The notes under the pieces: generated by a model
The model's input: only the letters and a program-made list of their open reading frames with translations
Told to the model about the DNA's origin: nothing
Databases searched by the model: none
Position numbers and translations under genes: made by a program
Shown: positions 26,301 to 37,700 of the stretch, piece by piece
How positions within the stretch are numbered: position 1 is the first letter of the stretch
Layout: every line of letters starts with the position of its first letter
Source of the DNA: Felis catus
Taxonomy: Eukaryota
Direction: 5' to 3'
NCBI RefSeq assembly: GCF_018350175.1
Contig: NC_058368.1
Location: 80,664,001-80,728,000 of the forward strand
DNA length: 64,000 nt

Positions 26301-29300
26301 ACCTGTCCCCTTGGACTCTGGCCTGCTGTCTCTGTCCTGCTGCAGGCCGTTGTGTTGTGACCGAGCCGTGTGCTGGCATGTGGACCCGTCAGGGGCACAG
26401 CCTGCATTCTGTTGCCTGCCTGCATCTGCGCTCAAGGCCGATGGACTGAACTTGTTCCCTTTCCTTCTGTCCTGAGGCTTCAAGTATTGTCCTGAGGGAC
26501 TTGATCTTACCTTTCTTCTAAAACTAGCCTTGGTTTTCCTGGTCTCTTTCTGCTCGGCTGCAACAGGTGGGTCTGCTCTGGAATCTGTACGCGTGGATCT
26601 CTGCACGTGTCAGCCGGCCGTCTCCTCTCCAGACGCTGCCTGCGAGCCCGTGACACCTCCTTGGTGTGTTGTCACTGTGCTGTGACTGGTCCGAGTAACA
26701 GGAGGGTTTTCCTCAGAGCCCGCACCCTCTTGATTTTCCATTAACGCCCGGCAGCTGGCCAGGACACCACAGTGGGAGTACAGTAGGAAGCTCTTTGGCA
26801 GGAGCGGCTGAAGTGACATAGTATTTCATGCTGTCACCCTTGCTGATGCTCCAGGAAAAACTAGTGTCTTTGGAATTTGTCAGAATGATTTTTTTTCCTT
26901 TTTCTTTCCCTAGGATCTTAGTAAGAGTCCCAAGACCATGAAAAAGTTGCTACCTAAGCGCAAGCCTGAGCGGAAGCCTTCAGATGAAGAGTTCGCCCTG
27001 AGGAAAAGTGAGTACGTGCGGCATGTGTCGGTGAGGATGCAGGTCTGTCTTGGGCACAGCGTTCGTTGGGTAGAGAGATGGCTGATGGCTTTTCAAAGAC
27101 TTGAGACAGATGGGGGGGTCTGAGCCTTAATGTCACGTCTAGAGGAAATTGAGGAGCGATAGCGGAGCCCTGCACCAGCAGGAGATCTAGCTGGCGCCCA
27201 CGGTGCAGCGCACGCAAGATTCTCCCCTCGATGGGGCTGCTCGCGGTCTCTTGGCCTCCGTGCCGATCCCTTGTTCTGGGGAAGCTGGGCTGGGGTGCAG
27301 GGTCGACCTGGGACCACCTGGTCTTCCTACTTCCTTTGCCCTGTGGTTTACACCTGTTGGAGGCACGCGGCTACGGCTCTTGATCCTCCCCTGCGCTTGC
27401 ACAAGCCTCAGGGCCCCGGTGGACGCTCGTGAGGCCCAGAGCCGGATGTGGGGCTCAAACTCGCAAACTGAGATCGTGCCCTGAGCTGATGTCAGTTAGC
27501 CAACTGAGCCCCCAGGTGCCTGGGTTCAGATGTTTTTGAAGAGGGAGCCTGCAGCTGTGTTTTCTCCCCTGGGGGAGGGACTGTGGGGGATACTCTCCTC
27601 TGGAGACCTTTTAGGTTGTCACAACTGGGTGTGGAACTGCCGCCGTTACAGGGGTGACGGCCAGGGATGCCGCAGCCCGGCCATGTGGCGCAGCGGTGCT
27701 GAGGCCCCGGCCAGGGGTGAGATCATGGGATCTCCCCATGAGAGGGGGTGCAGAGACGAAGATGGGGTCCGGGTGTTGGGAGGGCGGAGCCCGCACCAGG
27801 AGCTTGGAGGGACTGGAGGTAAAAGGAGAGCTGGGCCTCCACAGCAGCGGAGGAGGCGAGGCGTCTGCTGTCTGCCTGCTTGGTGAGCAGCTGCTTTCGT
27901 GTCATGTTTCGTGCGCTGAAGTTACCGGGCTCCTTGTTACATTCCGAATCCTGAGAGTTTTCCTCGTCCGTGGGAGGGCCCATGCCACCCCGAAAATGTG
28001 TGCTGTCCTGCTCATTTATCTCCTGTGACATTTGTGAGGAAGGGAGGCTCGGTGACAACCGTTCACGCTACGTCCTGGGGGAGCCTGTGCCCGTTCTGGC
28101 ATCCGTGCTTTCTCTGGGTGCCGGGTGACATCTAGCAGGAGTGATCTGATCCGCTGTGCGGACAGGTAACCATGCTCGGAGGCCACTCTTCTCTGGGTGG
28201 AGAGGGGTGACCTGCCCATGAGGTTAAGCTGATTTCCAGGGGGTGAAACCTTCTTTTCTCCTGAGGGAGGAGCTCGTCATGAAAGGATCGGTTCCAGTCG
28301 GTGACGTTTAAGTTCGTTTCTCAGCGCTGAAACTCTCGGTGCTGAGGTTTGTTTTTGTTCTTCTTAGTGTGGTTGATAGGCAAGGCCGTCTTAGTTTCAG
28401 GTGTACAACGTGGTGATTTGACAAGTCTGTACGTTCTGCTGTGCTGTCCACAAGTGCAGCTGCCGTCGGTCACCGTAAACGCTGCCATTGCGCCGTGGGC
28501 TGTGCATTTCGTCCCCACGACTTAGTCACTCTGTAACCAGAAGCCTGGACCTCCCACTCCCCTTCACCCACTTTGCCCACCCCCGGCCCATCGGCTCTCT
28601 GCATTTACACGTCTGACTTTGCTTTCTGTGTACTTGTTTGCTTTTATCTTGGATTCCGAGTGCCATCTTCTGGTATTTTGTCTTCCTTAGTCTTCTTTCA
28701 CTTAGCACAATACCCTCCAGGTCCATTCACCTTGTCACAAATGTCACGCTCTCATCCTTTTTATGGATGCATACATAATATTCCTGTGTGTGTGTGTATG
28801 TACGTACCACATCTTCCTTATCCATTCTATTGGTGGACACTTGGGTTGGTTTCATATCTTGGCTATTGTAAATAATGCTGCAGTAAACATATGGATGCAT
28901 TAGATATTTTCAAATTAGTGGTTTTGTTTTCTTGGGGTAAATCCCCAGTATTGGAATTAGTGGTTCATATGGTATCTTGAGAAAGAAAAACAAAGCTGGA
29001 GGTATCATAATTCCAGATTTCAAGGTATATTACAAAGCTGTAGTGATCAAAACAGTATGGTACTGGCACAAAAACAGACACCTAAATCAGTGGAACAGAA
29101 TAGATTCCCACAATAAACCCACACGTCTATGGTCAGCCGCTCTATGACAGAGGAGGCAGTATGCAATTGGGAAAATGACTGTCTCTCCAACAAGTGGTGT
29201 TGGGAAAACTGCTCAGCTACACGCAGAAGTATGAAACTGGGCCACTTACACCCCACACAAAAATGAACTCAGAATGGGTTAAAGAACCTAAACGTGAGAC

Positions 29301-31283
29301 CTGAAACTGTAAAATTTCTAGAAGGTATTGAACTTCTATTTTTTGGTAGAGTACATTTGGCTTGCTTTGCATGTATGTTACTATTATAAAATGGTGAGGC
29401 TTTCTACAGCTTATAAATATTTAAGTCTTCCGTTCTTCTGCATTTTTGCCAGAGTAGGTGAGCCTTTTAAAGTGTATGTCCACATGTAATATCTTAGCAT
29501 ATACAAAAAAATATTGGAAACTTAGTAGTTCAGGAAAGAGAAATAGTTCAACTATAGGGTCATGTGAAGCAGGAAGTATCCGGGACTGATAGCAGTAGAT
29601 GCTGTTAGTCCGGAAGGATCTATCCTCCTCCATGCCTTTGTCTGAGTATAGGTGAAGCCAGTGTCTGGAGTAATCCTTAGGGGAAGGAAGAGGTCTGGAG
29701 AGACTCCTTCAAGGTCTGGGTTGTGCCTTATAAGTGTTAGAGATGAAATCTCGATCACAAACTCGGAGATTGGAGGAAATGCGCTTTCCAAAGCTTTCCA
29801 GGGTTGCACTTATCTACGTACCCGTCAGCTGTGGGTGGTGGGAAGCTTTCCTTCCAGATCTTTCCTTCCCGCTGTCCCTGTCAGCACTGGGGACGGTCTG
29901 ACTTTTTTTGTCAGGCTTATGTGAAAACCTGATGCTTTGTTTTAACGTTTTACTTCTTAGAATAAAGTTCTTTTCTCATGGTGTTTTTGTGTGAGTTGCT
30001 TGTTCCTTGGCCTGTTTTCAACTCTGGGATGGGAGGGATATGGTTTTTCTTAGGGATTAGTAAGGCAGCTTTTATAGATTTAGGATATTAACCTTTTGCT
30101 AGATATGTTGCAGGTAAAAAAAATACTTGAAAGAAAACAAACCTTTTGAATATAAACTTCATAAATTTTGGAAAACCATTATCTGACAAGAAAATGTGTT
30201 TTTAGACTGTATCACATATTTGTCGTTAGCTCAGTTGTGACATGCTGTGTCTTGACAGGCACAGCTGCTTTGGAAGAAGACGCGCAGATCCTGAAAGTCA
30301 TCGAAGCTTATTGCACAAGCGCCAAAACGCGGCAAACGCTCAATTCGAGTAAGTTTCATGGTAGCCGGCTGCCGGGGCAGGACTGGCCGGGGTTGGTCAC
30401 CGTTGGCTCGCTGGCGTGTGGGGGCGGCCCTCGGAGTGACACTCTGCTGGTTCACCCTGTAGAGCCTGCGGGGATCCCTGTCCCTGGGTCTCTGCACAGG
30501 GTCAGAGCTGTCAGGGGGAGACCAGGTTTCTGCAGAACACCCTGCCAGGGAAACTTTAAGAATTAGGTGCTGCCAGAATATATAGAGCTTTCTGCTGCTT
30601 CAAGCAGATGGGCTTAGAAGACCAAAGATTGGTTCAGTTACTTTAAGCTGTTTCAACTGTTCTATTGGTGTGATAGTGGGACTTAAGATTCTTAGAATTG
30701 TCAAAAATATAAACCAAGAGTGAGGCTTTTTTAGCTCCCCCCCGCCCCGTTTTTTTAAATGCTGCATTAAAAAATTTTTTGGAAGTAGACCTCAACTAAT
30801 TTATTGGTAGGTTTTAGCACCAACCACTGCATTTTCCTGTATCTTTATGCACAGGGTTGTAGTAAGGAAATCTTCATCTGCTCAGACAGGAAATGGGTGG
30901 GCTCTGTCGTCTCTTCCTTGCCGGCATTTGGTGGTGGAGTGCGGCAGGGGGTACAGATGGGACGGTGCGCGTGGTCTGACTTGCCCTCTCTCCGGAGCAG
31001 GGCCGCGGCACCGCAGGGTGTCTGTCCTGCACTGTCATTTCTAGGTGGGCTTTTGGGTTTCATTTTTGTTTTGTTGGAGACTGGATTCGTGTCTTCTGGC
31101 ATAGAAACTGGTTCCTGTTGGATCTTGTGTTTTGGATTCCGTTTCCACACTCACTTGGGACACATTGCTACCTCGGCTTCATTCCCACCACCTCGCTGTG
31201 GCGGCTCAAATCTTGTCCTGGCTGCTATTAGACTAATTGTGAAAAAAGGACAGGTGGGAAAAGGAATTTTTACCTCCTTTAGC

Positions 31284-31314
<31 letters not shown>

Positions 31315-31722
31315 GGTGACAGCTAAGAAGATAGGGCTGGTAGGATTAAACCCCAGGGGGTGTCTGCAGATCACCTAGAAATTTCCCTGTGGCCCGATGG
31401 CCACATGGAGACTCTTGTCCATATTTGCCCTGGTGAGAACACCTCTTCATAGTGACTGGTCAGCAGGATGGGGGCGAAATGCAAAGGCCTGAAGATGGGG
31501 TGGAAGTCAAGTCAAGTGATCGTTTGTAAATCTAGTTTGTTGTCTTTTGATACATTGGTTTTCTGTATTTGATAAGAGACTGTTTTAAGTAAATAGGATA
31601 TATAAGATGTGGACATAGTGTTTTGGGTTTTGAATTTGAGATTTTAAAAAACTCTCTCAACTTGAATTCCTTGAAATAAAATTTTAACCTGGTAGTCTCA
31701 GGTGAACAGACCGGGTAACAGG

Positions 31723-31784
<62 letters not shown>

Positions 31785-34700
31785 CGTTCGTTCGTTCGTT
31801 CGTTCGTTTGTGAGAGCCTCGTTTGTCCATCCAGGAGACTGTGCCCCACGATGTGCCTGTGGTCCCTGCTTTGGCTGCCTTGAAGGGATGGCCCATAGGT
31901 CATGCAGATTATTTGTCCTTTGTATTACATGTTTCCATTTCTCCTGTGCAAGGAAAGCGTTGCACAATACGTTGGTTTTTGTTTTCAGCTGATACTATGG
32001 GCTAATCACTCTGGGGCCTCGTGTGCACACTCCTATATGGCCGTAACCCTAATACTCTTGTGACCAGGTAAGGTAGGGGGAAATTGATCCTTTATGCTGG
32101 AAAGGCAGTGCGGGGTTACAATGGAGGCGGTTCTTCTCGTGTTAACTGCTTAGCCAAAATAGGCAAATTCAGCTCCTTCCAGTGTCCATTTGGATGCCAA
32201 CAAGACATTATAAACCAGACGTCTTTGGAATCGATTTCTGTCTCGAGGAAGTAGTGACCCTCGTAGACTCCAGGGATTTAGTTGAAGGAATGCAGAGTAG
32301 CCGCCCCTGCTTGTTAAGGTTTGGGAATGGACTTGGCTTTGACCAGGAGCAGGAATAGGACGGAGGCCATGGTTGCCGTGGTGTGCCATCGTCTGTCATG
32401 TGGTGTCCCTGCAGCCTGCATGCCCCTGCACAGCTCCCTGGCCAGGGCCCTCGCTCCCAGGTGTGGCTCCCCTCTGGCTGATTGCTGTTCTCCCATCTGG
32501 TGCCCTTTGTCTTCTGTTGCCCTCCTGTTAACACAGTGGCTCTCGGTTCATCGTGTCTCTTGTCCCGCCAGTAAAGGGTCTGCATTGGGGTTGAGAACGT
32601 TTGAGCAGGCGTCCCCCTTCCCCTGTCCCCTGGCTGAGCTCTGTGGGGCGCTGCAATCGTGGGTGGTGCAGCGACAAGGAAGGGCCCCCAGGGACGTGGA
32701 CCCTATTTAACCCCTACTCCACTCTGAAACTTTTACAGTGGTGGTGGTGGTTTGATAAGGTAAGTGTAGACCCCATCCTAAAGATGAACTGAAGAAGTCG
32801 AAAATCCTTGGAAACTCTTTTGCTTCAACATATCCACCTAAAGAATAGGAAACAATTCCTAATTTAACACCTAAATGGTTTCTTTTACAAATGTCATAAA
32901 TGAGACTATTTGCTAATGGAATAGTTTACTTGTGAAATGTCTGTAGAATGATCTGTGGACATGAGCTTATGTGAGGGCTCGTAGCAAGATCTGTAAAAAG
33001 AGACAGTTTGCAAACAATACTGTGAGATTTATTTAAGTCTACTTTTATTCTAAGGGTTGTGCTATTAAAACCCACCGTAAATAAGGAGAAATGAACATTG
33101 TTGCCATTTTTTAACAATATTTTCTCTTTTCCTTCTCTTCCCATCACCTTTTGCTTTTGTTTTCATGTTTTTGGTTGTGGCTCTTCCTGTCCGTCCCCTC
33201 CCACCTCTGCCTGTCACTCCGTCCCTCCCGTCGTAGCATGGCAAGGCACTGACCTGATGCATAATCACGTCTTGGCTGACGACGACCAATCAAGTCTAGA
33301 CTCCTTGGGTCGTCGCAGTAGCCTTTCCCGTTTGGAGCCCTCAGACCTCTCGGAAGACTCTGACTATGACAGTATATGGACAGCCCATAGTTACAGAATG
33401 GGTTCTACATCTCGTAAGAGCTGTTGCTCATATATCTCTCACCAGAACTAATGCACTTCTGAGCTTTTCTTAACAAATGCTTGTTGTATCGCAGCCTGCT
33501 TTTCTTAGATGTTTTCTTGCTGTTCCTTGTCTTTTATGTGATATTTTAACAACTTTTGAGAGCGTTTCTGATACTTCCCATTGTATTTTGCGGAGGCCCA
33601 ATTGCCAATTTGACCCTCCGTTTGAGTCGCTGCTGTTGAAGGAGATGGTGTGCTCACGCAGCCCGTGCCCGGGGCTTTTCTCCGTGGGTAGTGGCGGTTT
33701 TGCAGCTCCAAGGGGTCTGGGTTTTTATTCTCAGTGTAGCACCTGTCTCATTTCTTTTTGGATACAGCTGTATGAACACTTTTATATTTTATACTGAAAC
33801 CATACAGGTTTGTGATCAACAAACAACACAGAGGCGGCTCTGGCCTTGTATGGGGATCCACATCTTCTATGTATGATGGACCCACTGACCAAGTAGTTGA
33901 GGAGACAGGAGAAGGAAGCGCTCAGTAAGAGGGCTGAGTGCAGTTCGGACACCGCTCTCTGAAGAGTCCTCGGGGCACTTGGCGGCCACCGGGAGCCGTG
34001 TGTCAGTGTGGCCGGCAAGGGCTCTGTGCTCGTCCGTGCACCACAGATGGCTGTCCCACGTCCCCGTTTGCCCGTGGGGTGGGGGTTGTCCAAGGGCCAG
34101 GTACTGTCAGAGCTCAGACCCTCCCCCGCGTCACGACGCCACGCTCCCCTTGTTTGGAGTCCCTCCCCGCTGAAGATTAAATGCAAACTCTGACGCGCGC
34201 AGCCTCTGAAGGTGTACGTGAGACTCCGTTCAGAGAGGCGTTGGCTGTACCCCGAAAGGTGAGTGCTTGGCTTCGGTCCCAGCCTGGCTGCGCCCCAACC
34301 TCCACATTACGTTGCCTGCGATGGACGCGTGGTTTTCAGCGAGTAGCTGCAGTGAAACTCCGTTTATGGCATCCCATCCTGTGTGATCCTCCTCCTTTGC
34401 GTGTCTTGGGGCCACCTGAGTCCGCCAAAGACCTAAGCTGCCACGTAACTCACTTAGAAGAAAATCTCCGATTTGGAGGGGACTCCCCCGCTTCCCTGGG
34501 ATTTGTTGTGAGGAGGTTTCACTGGCCTCCCTCAGATGAATCTCGGCTTCAGAAAACTGAATGTGATGTGTCGCGTTCAGTGGTGGCACCAGAACCACGT
34601 TTGGTCATTGCCAGAGTGGAGAAGCACCCTCCCCCACGCATGCTGTGCTTGGTGTGGACAGGGAGCCTCGTGGTCGTGTGTGAAGTGCTCAGTCAGACCG

Positions 34701-37700
34701 ACTTCAGGAAGCCAGATGCTGTGAGGAGCCGGGAATGGCCGGTTTTCCTCTCCTCAGGGTGGCCGGGCCGTCTCCCCTGTCCCCTACCTCACCACACCAC
34801 GTATGCAGTGCCCGCCCTTGCTTGCACCGTGCCGCTGCTGGCGGGGCGCCGGGTCCTGTCGCTCACGCGCCCAGAGGGGCTGGTGGCCCCCTGCAGCGGC
34901 GCGGTGCTTACAGAGTCAGCCGGCTCGGGGACCGCGTGCGGTGAGGTCGTGAGGAAGACGGAGAATTCCAAGCATGTCTGTTCCCAGATAGCATTGGGCT
35001 GCTCATGCCATCTGGAGAGTTCCTAGTTTTATATCAATTAATATAAAGAAGTTGAGCAATCTTAAAATTAGAGCCCAGTATTAGCCCACGGGAGAGATGG
35101 GGTTTCTGCGTGGTCAGCCAGATAGCAGATGGAATTTTGGAAGAAACGGAACTACGAAGTTCATGAGTGAACTTAGAAGCAGTGGTTTTATTTTGTGTAC
35201 GTACAGCAGTCCCCTCTTATCACGTTAGAGTGTCCTTTTATTGCTTTGAGGCTGTGTCATTGTGCGTTGGCTGAGACGCCTTTGCCAGGCCTTAGTGACC
35301 GCGGGCTGCCCGTGTTGTGGGCTGCGCACAGCACAGCGGTGAGACGCCGTTAGTCGTTGCACTTGGACTTTTCTGCATTGCCAAGTATCATCGGGGTCAT
35401 CTTCCTGAGCCATTTCCTTTCCTGTACGCCAGGGTTTCACCCTTCCTCATCCGTCCTCTGGTACTAGTAAAGCCACGTGGGCAGGGATTCTGCTGACGTT
35501 GAGGTCACTGCAGAACAACACCCTGGCTCTTTGTTGTTCGGGCTTGTTGTGAGTGTCTGGCACCATTAGCTCTCGTGACCTGGTTGGAAGTGTCCGTGCC
35601 ACAGGCTGGAGGTGGCCCCTGGGTGGCAGTGGCGACGTGGCCCCCCGGGGGCCGGGACTCTCCCTCCCCCTGCGGAGCTTCAGTCGTGCGGAGAGGGAGT
35701 CTCGTTTGTGTGGCTCTGTCCTGGCTGCGTGCGCAGTCGGTGCTCTAGCGTGAGGGTGAAGACCCTGAACCCACAGGTAGGTGAGCGCTGCCTCGGGCCT
35801 TGTGCGGGGGCCTCCGTGGTGTTGCCATTGAACTTACGCTTGCCACAGTATATAAGCTATATTAATTATGTGTTTTGCGTGAGGTTGCCAAAACACAGTA
35901 ATGTGTAAATAGTGGTATGAGACCTTGAAAAAAAAAATCTATATATTGTGCTTTTTCTCTGTGAATGGGAAAGCCATTTATGGTGGACGACTGCCATTTG
36001 AAGACTCAGTTGGATGTAAACCTGATTGTTGCATTGTATTGTACAGTATGCATATTATTGTTTGTGGTTGCATATGGCAATGAAGTGTTTGTTTTATATA
36101 TATGAAAAAAGACGTCTGTTATGTACAGTTGAAATAAATTTTGCATTTGCTAGCCTGTGGCTTTTAATATTTGTTACCTGGGGGAGGGCAGGGGAGTAGC
36201 CTAGCTTGTGACTCAGTGTGACAGGGCTGTTTTCCTGTAAGTTGTCTTCCAGAGGAAGGCCAGGTAATGGGACTCTTTGCTTCTGCTTTGAGAGAGAAAT
36301 GTGCACTTTCTTAGATTAAATACGTTCCAGACAAAACAGGGTCACTCCTTAACACATTTTTATTTCAACTTTTTCCAACAAGTTTTCTATCACTGGAGGG
36401 TTTGTCTTCAGAAAGAAGCACTGTTGGTTTTTTGTGCACAAATGGGGGGGAAAAAACCCCACCTAACTTCATTAGTGTTTTTTGCTTTTGCTTGGTTTCT
36501 TACTCCTTTTTTCCTTAGGACTAAGATCAATTTTAACTTTGGTTTTGTAAAGCGTATGCCCAGCTGGCTAAGCAGAGAGAGGAAGTGTCGTGAGAGGCTA
36601 GAGCAAGGCACAGATGGTGAACACCTGTAAATTGTTCCCTAAAAAGATGCCTCACCTCTTCCCAAGAAAAAAAAATTAGAATTCTTTGGTAGCCCGTAAA
36701 TCACAAAGTGACTTTTTGGAAAGATTTTATTAAATAGGTTTTGAAAACCTGTAATATTTTCCTTCATTCTGAAAGATCAGTTCCAGTGGAGTATAATTAG
36801 ATACAGATTTTTAGAAAGATTATGAATTTAAGAAGTTACAGGAGTTCGGCCACAAACGTACCAGACATCTGGCCAGATGGGCACGTGGTCTCTTTTCTGG
36901 CGAACTTAATGCTGTTTTTAGGCTTGTGATGAAGGCCGGCCCAGCCACGCGTGCACACACATACACCCCACCGTGCGTCCTGGAGTTGACCCAGCCTTGT
37001 GTCCCAGCAGGTGGCTCTCCAACAACCAAGAGGTACCCTGGGCTTTGAGCCCCCCACCCCCACCCCCACCCCACCCGCTATGTGCCCCAGGCAGATCCTC
37101 TGTCAGCGCGAGTGCTTCACAAAGGAGGATCTGTAAATGTTGCAGGGGGCAGGGTTCAAGTTGTCTCCAGCTTCTCAGTCATGCCTCTCAGTGAGCAAGC
37201 TCCCGCCCATCTCCAGCTGCGTGGCACAGGGCGACCCCTGCTGGGGGCAGTGTGCAGCTGCCGTGGCATGTCTGTGGGCGGCGGCAGCCGGAGCCCAGGC
37301 AGCTGCGGACGTGTTTTTGGGAGTCCTCCGGTTGGGGAAATGCTGGGTTGGTGCCAAGTGTAAATTGTCATCTCATTGTCTTCACGCCTTTACTGAACAG
37401 CAAAGCCAACCGGCACTCGCGTGCGTGTGATTATAGAGGCAGACAGGGCCAGAGGCTAGGCCAGCACTACTCGTAAAGAGTGACACGGAGAACTGCAGTG
37501 GTTCCGCACTCCGATGACGTTAGGAAGTGCTGAATTAAAGTAAGTGGGTATTTTTACTGCAGACCTTCTGAAAACCTTCACCGTGCTGCCTGTGCCCTGT
37601 GGACCTTTGAAGAAGGGGCTGTAGCAGTCAGCAGTTTCCAAAATGACATGTGGCAGAACCCCTGCATTAGCCAGTGGAGGAGGGGCGGCAAAGTATTCCC

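Noticed and set aside
34181..35026. 281-aa ATG-initiated ORF downstream of the insert exon
   Set aside because: No recognisable domain, composition typical of GC-rich non-coding DNA, lies in the presumed 3' UTR/intron; would need Ribo-seq or PhyloCSF support
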